A stretch of 64,000 nt of DNA from the NCBI GenBank assembly GCA_963727445.1, contig CAVSGI010000015.1:402682-466681 (forward strand), in the 5' to 3' direction. Below, in pieces: positions 1-9,951 of the stretch. The translations under genes and the position numbers were made by a program. A model generated the notes under the pieces. The model searched no databases. It was given only the letters and a program-made list of their open reading frames with translations, and had not been told where the DNA came from. The stretch comes from an uncultured delta proteobacterium (GTDB taxonomy: Bacteria; Myxococcota_A; Polyangia; Polyangiales; B10-G4). How positions within the stretch are numbered: the stretch's first letter is position 1; every line of letters begins with the position of its first letter.

Positions 1-25
1 GGACCCGAGAGGCTGACCCTCGTGC

Positions 26-820
26 TCAGCGGCGGCGTCGGGAGGCCGAGGACGTCGTGTCGACCGGCTGCTGTCGCGGTGGTGGTGTGACCGGGGTCTC
101 GCGCGGCGGCGTGGTGTGGACGGGCTCGGGGGTCTCCTCGAGGGTCCCAGGGCCAGTGGACGTGGTCGTCATGGCGGGCGTGGTCGTCATGGCGGGCGTG
201 GTCGTCGTGGTGGACCTGGTCGTCGTGGTGGACATCGTCGTTCGGCGTCGTCTCGGTCTCGGCGTCTCGGCGGGTGGTGGGCCGGTGGCCGGCGGCCCGG
301 CGTCGGGCGGGCCGGCATCGACGGCGCCCTCGTCCGGCTCCCACTGCTCACCCCGCATACGCGCCTCGTGCTCGGCCTCCGAAATGGGCTGACCGTTCCA
401 CGTGGCCGGCAGCCATGCCCGGGTGGTGTGGCAGTCCCCGCAGGTGAGCGGGAAGGTGAGGTGGTCCGGGAAGGTGTCGTCGTCGTAGGTGTCGCGGTGA
501 CAGTCGACGCACGCGCCCCCCATCCCCTCGAACACCGGCGGGTCGTCATCGTGACAATCGAAGCATTCGACGTGTGCGTGCGCGCCGGTCAGCGGCCACT
601 CGTGCTCGACCACCCGCCGCGGCCTCCACCTCTCGGTGGTGTGGCACACCGCGCATGTCGTCGGCTTCTCCCCCACGTGATGTCGCGCCCCCTGGTACTC
701 CTCGAGATGGCACGACGCGCATCGCGCCGAGCCCGCGTCGGGCGAGGCCTCACCACCGTCCGCGCAGCCGAGGAGCGAAAGGCAGAGGAGCCACGAGCCG
801 ATGGCGCGCGCGGCGCGCAT
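26..820 (-). CDS. Pentaheme c-type cytochrome lipoprotein with Pro/Thr-rich C-terminal tail
   Basis: Signal peptide with lipobox (LLG-C); five CxxCH motifs (CASCH, CAVCH, CFDCH, CVDCH, CGDCH); HEWPLTGAH linker typical of multiheme repeats; ATG overlaps the stop of the upstream gene (TGATG). Confidence 0.85.
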   Translation of the reverse strand: MRAARAIGSWLLCLSLLGCADGGEASPDAGSARCASCHLEEYQGARHHVGEKPTTCAVCHTTERWRPRRVVEHEWPLTGAHAHVECFDCHDDDPPVFEGMGGACVDCHRDTYDDDTFPDHLTFPLTCGDCHTTRAWLPATWNGQPISEAEHEARMRGEQWEPDEGAVDAGPPDAGPPATGPPPAETPRPRRRRTTMSTTTTRSTTTTTPAMTTTPAMTTTSTGPGTLEETPEPVHTTPPRETPVTPPPRQQPVDTTSSASRRRR

Positions 821-2811
821 CAGAACACCTCCTCACGAAACGGCATGCCGAGCGACTCGCATGCACGCCGGACCTTCGCGCCGAGCCCCGGCGGGCCACA
901 GAAGTAGACGGAGACCTTTTCGCCGCGGTGCGCCTTCTTGATCGCGGCGAGCTCCTTCTTCCAGCTCGGCGCGCTCATGCGCGTCTTGGCCCGAAGGCCG
1001 GTCGCGAGGTCCGTCCGGCCGTATGCGTGTGCGAGCTCGCGCGCAGCTTCGAGCCCGAACGCCGTCGCACCCGTGCGCCCGCCGGTCATGTGGAGGTGGA
1101 GCTCGAGCACGTCGCGCGCGTCGCGTCTCTCGACTTCGGCGAGCAGATCCCGGAACCATTCGAAAGAGCGCTGATCCCGGTTGAGCCAGAAGAAGTGCGC
1201 CTTGTCGAGGTTGGGACCGCTTCCATCCTCGCGCGAGACGATGCTCTCGAGCACGCTGGCGAAAGGCGTGACGCCGATGCCCGCGCCGATGAGCACAGCG
1301 ACGCGCGACTGGAAGATGTGGGCGCTCGGTGAGCCGTAAGGCCCGTCGAGAAACACGAAGAGGTCGTCCGGCGCCTCCCCGCTTCGCGCCTCCGCCAGGC
1401 TTCGGAGAGCCTCCGTCCAGTTGCCGAGCGAGCGCACGTGGAGGGTGATGGTGTCGCGCTCGGGCGCGCTGCTGATCGTGAACGGGTGCCACTCGTGCTT
1501 TGCCACGGCGGGGATGCGCACGAAGACGTAGTCCGCGGGCGAGAACGAAAAGCCGAGGGGCCGCTCGATCTCCACCCGCGTGACTCCGGACTTCAGCGGC
1601 TCGATCGCGAGGATGCGTGCGCGCCGACCACGCCGGAGCGCGCGAAAGAGCTGCTCGACGCCGAAACCGAGCAGAGGCAGCCCCAGCCACAAGAGGACGT
1701 GCGGCGCGTGAATGACGAGGAGAACGAGCAGCGGCGCATAGAGCAGGTGCGTGAAGTAGAAGATCTCGAAGCGCCGCGAGCGCCGGAAGAAGCCGAGAGC
1801 GGCGATCCACATCACGACGAAGATCACGACGAGCAACGAGCCCGTGAGCCCCGTCTTCGTCTCGAAGAGCGCATGGGTGATCGGCTCGTCGTGCCCCGCG
1901 GAGTAACTCGCGACGAAAGCGCCCACGTGAGCCAGGCTCCCGAAGAAGAACGTGTGCCCCACGACCTTGTGGAAGGCGACCGCGGAGTCGATCGGGATGA
2001 GGCGCCCGAGAAAGCTGGCGCGCAGCCGCGTGAGAAACCGGCGCGCCACGGGCACGAGCACCACACCCGCGTCGAAGGCGAGCGCTGCCCCGGTGGCGCG
2101 CCCGACGCGCATCATCACGTGCTCCCCCAGGACCATGTTGTACGTCGCGACGAAGAGCCCGACGTTCATCAGCGCGAAGGCGGCGAGCACGATGCCGCCC
2201 CGCACGTGGTTTTCGACGAAGCGCGCGAACGCGTTCGGCTCGGGCTCGCCACCCGTCTCGTCGGTCAGGCGTGCGACCACGTCGCGACCCGGGGCCATCC
2301 ACAGAGCCTCGGCGCGTGCCATCTCGTGAAGGAGCTCCGGGCGCGCACGAACGAGTCGCTCGAGCTCCGCGAAGGAGACGCGCCCGTCGCGGTCGGCGTC
2401 GAGCGCCTGGAGCAACCCGAGCGCGAGCGTCTCGGGCGAGTGCTCCTCGTCCGGCTCGATGTCGTCCTCGGCGAGGCCGATGGCGATCATCCGCTCGAGC
2501 TCCGTCTGCGACAGATATCCGTCGCCGTCGTGGTCATGCAGACGAAACGCGAAGGTGAGGCGGTCGTTGTCGGTGCCGTAGACGAGCTTGCGCACACCTT
2601 CCATGAACTCCGCGCGGCTGACGGATCCGTCCGCGTCGGTGTCCAGCTGCGCGAGCATGCGCTGGGCCAGGTACTCGCTCTTCAGCCCGAGCGCTTCCTT
2701 GAGCGATTCGACGTCGATGTGCGGCGCGTCCCCGGCGATCTGATCGAATCGGTGCTGGAGCAGATCGAGGGTCTGGGCCCCGGGCTTTGCGCGACGCGGC
2801 GAGTCGGTCAT
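820..2811 (-). CDS. EF-hand-containing NADPH oxidase / ferric reductase (NOX5-like), 663 aa
   Basis: Start MTDSPRR (ATG 2811) inside the 946-aa ORF; EF-hands DTDADGSVSRAEF, DHDGDGYLSQTEL, DADRDGRVSFAEL; TM His pairs FHKVVGH..LAH and FTHLLY..VIH; FAD motif HPFTISS; DGPYG; NADPH motif GAGIGVTPF; YFCGP; C-terminal FREEVF. Confidence 0.92.
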   Translation of the reverse strand: MTDSPRRAKPGAQTLDLLQHRFDQIAGDAPHIDVESLKEALGLKSEYLAQRMLAQLDTDADGSVSRAEFMEGVRKLVYGTDNDRLTFAFRLHDHDGDGYLSQTELERMIAIGLAEDDIEPDEEHSPETLALGLLQALDADRDGRVSFAELERLVRARPELLHEMARAEALWMAPGRDVVARLTDETGGEPEPNAFARFVENHVRGGIVLAAFALMNVGLFVATYNMVLGEHVMMRVGRATGAALAFDAGVVLVPVARRFLTRLRASFLGRLIPIDSAVAFHKVVGHTFFFGSLAHVGAFVASYSAGHDEPITHALFETKTGLTGSLLVVIFVVMWIAALGFFRRSRRFEIFYFTHLLYAPLLVLLVIHAPHVLLWLGLPLLGFGVEQLFRALRRGRRARILAIEPLKSGVTRVEIERPLGFSFSPADYVFVRIPAVAKHEWHPFTISSAPERDTITLHVRSLGNWTEALRSLAEARSGEAPDDLFVFLDGPYGSPSAHIFQSRVAVLIGAGIGVTPFASVLESIVSREDGSGPNLDKAHFFWLNRDQRSFEWFRDLLAEVERRDARDVLELHLHMTGGRTGATAFGLEAARELAHAYGRTDLATGLRAKTRMSAPSWKKELAAIKKAHRGEKVSVYFCGPPGLGAKVRRACESLGMPFREEVF

Positions 2812-2906
2812 GGGCTCGTCGGCTTCCTCCTCCGAAGCGACCCTCTGATAGGCGCGCCTCGCTGTAAGGCCACCAGGGACCTGCGGACGGCGCCTGCCTG
2901 CGGATC

Positions 2907-5844
2907 CTACGTGTACTGCCAGAACGCGCAGGCGGCGGTCTCGTCGGCGTTCACGAAGACGTAGACCACACCGAAGAGCCCTGCGTCCGGCCAGTCGTCC
3001 TTCGCGCCTCCGATGCCGTCGAAGTCGAGCTGAAGGAGGAAGCGATAGGGAACCTGGCCCTTGCCGAGGATCTCGCGCGGGTGCTGCACCCAGGTTGGCG
3101 TGCCGCCGATCTTCGAGAACCCGTCCGAGCGCGGCAGGTCGAGGGCTTCGAGGGCCTCGGCGAGCTCGGGATCGCGCTGCGTGAGAGGCGAGGCGCGCGC
3201 CTCGTCGATCTCCCACGTCGGCTCCGAGACCATCAGGGCGCGTGCGTCGAGCACGGGCCCCATCGGATCGCACGCCGCCGCCCTGCCGAAGTCTTCCTTG
3301 GAGATCAGGCGCACGCGATTGTGCAGCAGGCTCTCCGTCGCGATGCCGCTCGTGTCGACCCAGACCGAGACGCCCGCGTGCTTCTTCAGGAGATCGCCGG
3401 TCTCGATCTGGAGCAGGAGACCGAGGGGATGCGAATCGCTCCCGTCGCGGAGCTCGCCCATCACCTCTTCGCGCTGTTCCTCCGGAACCTCGAAGAAGTT
3501 CAGCTCCTCGGGCAGGTGCCAGGTCAGCTGCTGCAGCACCTCCCTTTCGGTGGTGGGCCACGCGTCGAGCCCTCCGTCGGCCGGGAGGCCCCCGAGGTGG
3601 CTTCCCTTCACGGGGTCGCTCGCCGGACCGCCGAGGCTGATGGTGCGCATCGGTACGCATGCGAGGCGCTTCAGCTGCTCTTCGCCGAGCTCCTTGGCCG
3701 ACACGAACCCGTTCTCGCGAGCCCCAGCGACGAGCTCATCGAGCTTCGTGAGGGCGGCCTCCGGAGACTTCGCTTTGGCAGGCTCGGCTTCGATGGCGGT
3801 ACCGACCTCGCCCTCTTCGACCAGCACCTCCTTGCCCGTCGTCTTCGCGAACCACACCATCGCCCCGTCGTCGTCGACCCGGTAGAGAGCCGCGCTCCGC
3901 GACTCCACCACGTCCCCAGCGCCCGTTCGTTCCCCGAGCTTGGCCGCCTCGTCGAAGGCCTCCCCGAGAGCGAGCGTGTAGTGCCCCCATGCGTCGTCGG
4001 GGTTCTGCACGTGGAGCGTTCGCGTCGTGGGATCGAAAGCCCAGTCGTCGCAGATCACGCGGAACGCCATGTCCTCGTTCGTGTGTCCGAGGCGCAAGTC
4101 GTCGGGCAGCGTGAAGGACCCCAACTCGTCGCAACCCCCGAGGTCGAAGCGGAAGATGCTCCCGCTCCGGAAGTTCACGATGAGCGTTTGCCCCGTCTTC
4201 GGATCCGAGGCGACGGCCCGCCACGAGTCGTCGTTGAGCTCTCCCATCTTCGGCGGAAGCACCGGTTTGAAGACGTCGCCTTCGAGCACCGCCGCCTCCT
4301 CCCAGCCGATCCGGACGGCCGCCCCGAGGCCGTGATCCCAGATCAAGTGGTAGCCGACCTCGAAGTCGTCTTTGCCGCGGGCGTAGCCCTTGGGTTGCGG
4401 TGAGCTCTTCTTCGCCTTTTTCCACGACCCCTTGGCCGCATCGAAGAGGAGCACCTGGTTCGAATCTGCGCCCCTTGGTCCGGCCGCCCCACACGACGAT
4501 GCGCTCTTCCCTCGGATCGAAGACGAGCTTCGTCCACATGCGCAGCTTCCAGAGCTTCGCGTCGGGGTCGGCCTTCTGCACCCACCGCCCGTCCTCGAGT
4601 GCGAAGACATGACCTTCGTTCGAGATGGCGAGGAGGCTACCGTCACTGGTCTCGACCATGCCTGCGAGGGCGTGCGTATTGCCGCCGCTCCCGCCACCGT
4701 CCCAGAGGTCCTTCTGATCGCTCTTTCCGACGATCGTCTTCCAGCCGTCGTCCGTCCACTCGATCAGCGTCAGGTAGTAGTTGCCCATCATGCGCCAGCG
4801 CCCACCCACGAAGATGCCGAAGCGCTTTGCATACAGATCGCCGACCGCGCTCTTCTTCTCCGTCACACCGAGCTTCTTCCAGCTCCCGCGCCTCTCGACG
4901 TAGAAGACGTGTTGATCCTCGGGATACTTCTCCTCTGCAGGCTCGTAGCCGCCTGGCCCCGTGACGAACCCGCCCAGGGACGCATCGAAGGTCGCGTGTG
5001 CCTTCCGGGAGGCGGGCCGCGGGTCGCCATCCTCGCCCCACGGCTTCCAGCCCCCATCGTAGATCAGCGTCCCACGCCTCCAACCACAGAGCGCGACGAC
5101 GCCATCCGGGTGGGAGACGAGAATCGGCCCGGTGTTCATCCAGCCGGTGATCAGATCCTCGTGCATGCCGTCGTTCGGCAGCAACTCGAGCGTCTCGCCG
5201 TCCCAGGCGTAGAGCCACAGGCGGTCTTCTTCTTCCGCGTCCTCACACACCCAGTAGAAGAGCGTGCGCTCGGTCTTCGGATCCCAGACCCCGCCGAGGC
5301 ACTCCTCCTTCCAATTCGCGTCGTTCGGCAGATCCGCGTCGTCGCGCTTCTTCGCCCACACACCCTCGGCGTCGAGCTCCCACACGCCGAGACCTGTGAC
5401 GCACACGGTGACGCCCCGCTTTCGGTCGTAGGCGAAGCAGCCACCCGTGTCGTCCGAGTCCTCGAGGCGCTTCGGGTGATCGCCCGAGAGCTCGAGCATC
5501 TCGGGGCCCTCGGCTGTCAGGATCACCGCGTAGGTCATGTCCGAGTAGTCGCGTGCGTTGCAGAAGTTCCACGCGACGACGGCTTCGCGCGACACGTCGT
5601 AGACGCCCTGCCATCGTTGCTTCGGGCTCTCGGTCCGAACGGCGACGTCGCTCACCTGAACGAAGGACGCGCCATCCCACTCCCAGGCATGCCCGAACTG
5701 GTGGAAGTCCGGCGAGTGCATGTAGATCGTCCTCTGCCGCTTCTCGTCGTAGACGAGCACGTAGTCCGCGAGGAACTCGCGCTTCGGCGGCAGCTCGATC
5801 GACGCCTCGCGCAGAGGTCCCGCCTGTGTGAACGCTAGCTCCAT
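2907..5844 (-). CDS. Large beta-propeller-like + WGR-like + DUF1963 (YwqG)-like protein, one frameshift near 4467
   Basis: ORF 3736..5844 reads as protein up to RIVVWGGRTKGR and continues in the frame of ORF 2907..4697 (DSNQVLLFD) if one base is removed; C-terminal SHLGGLP / SKIGGTPTWVQ / FLLQLD / FWQYT motifs resemble DUF1963. Confidence 0.65.
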
Positions 5845-5926
5845 GACGCCTCTCCCGGTGAACCGGCGAGTCTACGCGCCGGCGCCGTGAGCGTCTCGTC
5901 TTCGAGATCGCCCTGCCCGGGCGGTG

Positions 5927-6961
5927 TCAGCCGCCGTGGTCCGACAGCCACGTGCGGAGCTGATCGCGCCGGCGCTCTGCTCTCGTGATCTCTCGCTGGA
6001 TCCGCTGCGCGATGGTCTCGTCTTTGTGCTTCGTCCGGTGCTTGAGTGCCTTGAGTCGTTCCTCGAGGTCTCGTAGCTCCTGACAGAGCACGTCCCGTGC
6101 GGCGGCGCGCTCGGCCTTGTCGAACATGATCTCGTCCGGGATGTCGTCGTGGTCCTCGGCGGTCGGGGACGGCGTCGCCGGGATGAAGCGGTGCTCCGCG
6201 GGCGGCTGCCGGAGGTTGAGGAAGGGCGGCGAGACGATCTCCACCCCGCCATGATGAAGCACGTCGAGCATGTGCTTCTTCAGATCGGAGCGAGCCTCGA
6301 TCAACTCCCGCACGTCACGCAGGAGCCCCGCGACCCGGTAGACGACCGCGTAGTCGCCGAGCTCGCAGATCATGACGAACGCGTCCTCGAGCCCCGCGTC
6401 GGCGGCGCTTTGCACGAGGAGCTCTTCGACCCTCCAATGCGGTACGTCGTAGCCGAGGGATATGTCTGCGTGCACGAAGGTCCCCGAGCCCTGGACGACG
6501 GTGACCGGGCGACCGATGAGGTACTGGTTGGGCAACGTCTCGAGGTTGCGATAGGGCGTCTGGATCTGAACGTGGAGCAGGCCGATCTCCGTGACGCGTC
6601 CGATGTGCGCCTCGACCATGAGGAAATCGCCTGGGCGAAAGCCCTTCACGACCCGCAGCATCAGGCCCGCCATCGCGTTGCCCACGAAGGTGCTCGAGGA
6701 GAACGCGACCGCGGCGCTCCCCAGGATCCCGAGCAGCGCCAGGATGCGGCTCTTCGTCTCGTCGCCCACCGGCAGCGCGAGGACGACCAGCACCGCGAGC
6801 ACGATGTTGAGGAAGAGCAGGAGCGCCTGCCGGTAGAAGCGCTGCTCTCCGATCGGCCCACCCCCGCGGACGAGCAGAAGCCAGCGCAGCAGGAACAGAA
6901 GCCCTACCCCGACCACCGCCGTGACGAGCAGCGGGATCCAATCAGCGATCGCGAGGATCAC
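5927..6961 (-). CDS. MscS-family mechanosensitive channel with C-terminal coiled coil
   Basis: Three N-terminal TM helices; GNAMAGLML..FRPGDFL..GRVTEIGLLHVQI..LPN MscS signature; ISLGYD; charged helical tail. Confidence 0.88.
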   Translation of the reverse strand: MILAIADWIPLLVTAVVGVGLLFLLRWLLLVRGGGPIGEQRFYRQALLLFLNIVLAVLVVLALPVGDETKSRILALLGILGSAAVAFSSSTFVGNAMAGLMLRVVKGFRPGDFLMVEAHIGRVTEIGLLHVQIQTPYRNLETLPNQYLIGRPVTVVQGSGTFVHADISLGYDVPHWRVEELLVQSAADAGLEDAFVMICELGDYAVVYRVAGLLRDVRELIEARSDLKKHMLDVLHHGGVEIVSPPFLNLRQPPAEHRFIPATPSPTAEDHDDIPDEIMFDKAERAAARDVLCQELRDLEERLKALKHRTKHKDETIAQRIQREITRAERRRDQLRTWLSDHGG

Positions 6962-8031
6962 GGAACGCCGTACATCTCGCGCCAGGCCGGATCGAAGAGG
7001 TAGTTGCCGCTGGCGTCGGTGGGGGAGTTGGAGGAGACGGCCGTCGAGCAGTGCGGATAGCCGTTGGGCTCCGAGCTGATGAGCTGGCGGGAGTCGCCGT
7101 AGGGCCGGCTCGCGCCGTCGATGCTGGTGGGCGTTCCGAGGAGGCCGCCCGCGGCCCAGGCGTCGAGGTGGCCCGAGTGCTGGGGGTCGTCGGTGTGTGA
7201 GAAGCCGTAGATGTCGCCGATGTCGGTCGCGGGGGAGTCGCCGATGTTCCAGTAGCCGGCGGAGTGCATCACCGCGCGATGGAACGGCCGCCGCGAGGCG
7301 AAGAGACCGGTGCTGGTGCCGCCGTGGGAGATGCCGGCGATGATCACGTCCTCGTAGCGGAGGGTGTCGTCGTCGTTCAGGTAGTAGCCCCAGTCGCCGC
7401 CGGGGTGCGCGGTCACGAGGTACTGCAGCATGACGATGACGCGCCCCTCGGCGCTGTCGGCGCGGCTGATGTCGATGACGCTCGACACGTCCTCGCCGGT
7501 GAGGGCCTCCCAGCGCACGTCGTCACTGCAGCTGCCGCCCATTCCGGCGCAGGGGTTGGTGCCGGTGCTGCTCCACCGGTTGTTGTAGTGGGGGATCACC
7601 ACGTGGAAGCCGTAACTCGCGAGCTGCCGTCCGTGGTCGCGCCAGTTGCGCGGGATGTTGGTCGCACCCGGCAGGAAGAAGACGAGCTTGCCGAGAGGCT
7701 CGACGCGGGTGTCGAGCTGCGCGTACTGCGTCTCGATCGAGTCGGTCACCGTCGGATCGAGCGCCATCGGGTCGAGCTCGTGCTCGTAGAGCATCGGATC
7801 GCTGCGGTCGACCATCGGGCCTGTCGGTGTGGACCCATCGGCCACGGCGTCCGCTGCGGATCCGTCGGCGATCGTCGAATCGGGCGTCGAGCCATCACCC
7901 GCGCTCGTGTCGGGCGAGCCATCCATGGTCGCCGAGTCGGCGGTGGATCCGTCCGGGGTCGACGTCGTGCTGTCGTCGGAGCAGGCGAGGGCCGCGAGGG
8001 CGAGAACCAGGGCGAGCGAGAGGGTGCGCAT
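6958..8031 (-). CDS. Lipoprotein alpha/beta hydrolase
   Basis: Lipobox ALA-C; Asp/Ser-rich linker; LVFFLPG; nucleophile motif GISHGG; late His (YPHCS); ATGA overlap with the MscS gene. Confidence 0.7.
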   Translation of the reverse strand: MRTLSLALVLALAALACSDDSTTSTPDGSTADSATMDGSPDTSAGDGSTPDSTIADGSAADAVADGSTPTGPMVDRSDPMLYEHELDPMALDPTVTDSIETQYAQLDTRVEPLGKLVFFLPGATNIPRNWRDHGRQLASYGFHVVIPHYNNRWSSTGTNPCAGMGGSCSDDVRWEALTGEDVSSVIDISRADSAEGRVIVMLQYLVTAHPGGDWGYYLNDDDTLRYEDVIIAGISHGGTSTGLFASRRPFHRAVMHSAGYWNIGDSPATDIGDIYGFSHTDDPQHSGHLDAWAAGGLLGTPTSIDGASRPYGDSRQLISSEPNGYPHCSTAVSSNSPTDASGNYLFDPAWREMYGVP

Positions 8032-8118
8032 CCCGCCATCGTACCCGAACTGCAGCTTGCGAGCCGCCCGCGGTTCGGGCGTAGTGCTGCCCTACGCGTT
8101 TCGGCCGTAGCCTCGACG

Positions 8119-9864
8119 TCAGCGCACGAGCGCCAGCACGAGCCCGTCCTCGACCCATCCGCCTGTGACCTGTCCGTCGACCCCGAAGACGGAGTCGATG
8201 CGACCCGTGATGATCGCGTAGTCGCCGACACCCACGCCGTAGGCGAACTCTTCGGTGAGGGTGCCACCCACGATTCGCGACCAGCGGTGGGCACCGGTGG
8301 CGTCGTAGCTCACCCAGAAGATGCGCACTCGACCGCTGAGGCTGTAGGTCGTCTCGGTCTCGAAATCGAAGCCGCCCTGCATGTATCCGACGACGTAGAC
8401 GTTGCCGTCTGCATCGAACGCGACGTCGGTCGCGCGACTGGTCCCGCCCGCGTTGATGTTCTTCACGAAGTCGACGGCACCGTCGTTGTCGTACACCACC
8501 GCGTACGGGTCCCGATCGCTGCCCCCGGTGGAGGCGGTCACCGGTCCGTCGCCGAAGTCCACCATCCCGGTGAACGATCCCGCGATGACGACCTGGCCCG
8601 TGGTCGGCGAGACGGCCAACGAGGTCACCGACACGCTGCCGAGGATCTCCTGAACCCAACGAAGCGTGCCGTCGGATCGATAGCTCGCCACGAAGTTGCC
8701 GGGCCCGGTTCGGGTCATGCCGCCGAAGTCCTCCGTCGCCCCGAAGGTCCCGGCGACGAACACGTTTCCCGACCCGTCACCGCCCACCCCCGACACCGAG
8801 GTGCCCACGATGCGTGACCACTCCACCAGGCCACCGTTGCCGTACCGCGCGACGAAGCCACCGCCCGTGGCCGGGACGGTGACGCGCGTTCCTTCGAGCG
8901 CGATCTCTCCGAAGGCCTGGCCCCCGAGGTACACCTTTCCAGCAGTGTTGGTGGCGATCGCGGTGGCCTGGCCGTTGCCGGGGACACGGATCGACCACCG
9001 GTGCACGTCGTCCCCGGTGTAGCTGGCGAGGATCGGACTGCTGCCGCTGTCGCCCGCGGCGAAGGAGAGGTCGCCGCCTCCCAGGTCGATGGCATCCGAG
9101 GTCGCGTAGCCGGCGACGAATACGTTGCCGGTCCCGTCGACCGCGACGTCGGCCAGGTCGTCTCGGGAGGTGCCACCCGCCGTCCGCGTCCAGCGCGGCG
9201 TCCCGTCCGAAGCGTATGCCTCGAGCTGAACGCCGTGAAAGCCGGAGATGTTCGATGCGATGACGTAGGCATTGCCGACCGCATCGACCGCGCCGTCGTT
9301 CGTCACCTCGTTCGTCATCGTGCTTCCGAGTCGGTCGATCCAGAGCGCGCTGCCCGGTCCACATGCAAACCAGTCGCATGCCGGGAAGTCGGGGTTCCAC
9401 GTTCCGTCGTCACAGGTCCGCGTCTGCGTGGTGCTCGAACAGGCGCCTCCTGCGGGAGCCCGCGGTGCGGCGAAGCACTCGCGAGTCTCGGTGGTGCCGT
9501 GGGGTCGGCCGCTGCACGAGGCGAGCATGCCGGTGTCGGAGCCGCCGTCCGAGCCGCCATCCAGAGCGGCGTCGCCTCCTGCGTCCGACATCACGGCAGC
9601 ATCGGCATCCGCGTCCGCTGCCGCGCCGTCCGGTGCGCCGTCCGCGATGGCGCCATCCGGAGTGGCGTCCATGGACGCGCCATCCACCATCGCCGAGTCC
9701 GGCGCTCCAGTGTCCGAAGTCCCCGTGTCCGCGGCTTCGCAGTATCCGTCCATGCAGCTGCCGAAAGGGCAATCAGCATCGGTGGTGCAGTTGCCGGCGC
9801 TGGCCCCGTCGTCGCCGCAAGCGGCGAGCAGTATCAGCACAGCACAGAGGTGGATCACTCGCAT
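8119..9864 (-). CDS. Cys-rich lipoprotein with C-terminal beta-propeller (SBBP-like repeats)
   Basis: Start MRVIHLCAVLILLAA-C (ATG 9864); repeated DVAVDGTGNVFVAG / DVAFDADGNVYVVG blades. Confidence 0.75.
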   Translation of the reverse strand: MRVIHLCAVLILLAACGDDGASAGNCTTDADCPFGSCMDGYCEAADTGTSDTGAPDSAMVDGASMDATPDGAIADGAPDGAAADADADAAVMSDAGGDAALDGGSDGGSDTGMLASCSGRPHGTTETRECFAAPRAPAGGACSSTTQTRTCDDGTWNPDFPACDWFACGPGSALWIDRLGSTMTNEVTNDGAVDAVGNAYVIASNISGFHGVQLEAYASDGTPRWTRTAGGTSRDDLADVAVDGTGNVFVAGYATSDAIDLGGGDLSFAAGDSGSSPILASYTGDDVHRWSIRVPGNGQATAIATNTAGKVYLGGQAFGEIALEGTRVTVPATGGGFVARYGNGGLVEWSRIVGTSVSGVGGDGSGNVFVAGTFGATEDFGGMTRTGPGNFVASYRSDGTLRWVQEILGSVSVTSLAVSPTTGQVVIAGSFTGMVDFGDGPVTASTGGSDRDPYAVVYDNDGAVDFVKNINAGGTSRATDVAFDADGNVYVVGYMQGGFDFETETTYSLSGRVRIFWVSYDATGAHRWSRIVGGTLTEEFAYGVGVGDYAIITGRIDSVFGVDGQVTGGWVEDGLVLALVR

Positions 9865-9951
9865 GACTGCAGGATACCGCGTCGGGTCACTCGCAGGCGC
9901 TCTCCTCGCTTCCCACGCGGCAGGACCCGGCCGACGCGCTATGATCGAGCG

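Noticed and set aside
161..240. 18-bp tandem repeat (TTTPAM coding)
   Set aside because: Low-complexity coding linker in the cytochrome tail, not an independent element
2812..3660. 283-aa N-terminal extension of the NOX ORF (946 aa)
   Set aside because: Arg-rich shadow frame overlapping the upstream DUF1963-like gene; the real start is ATG 2811
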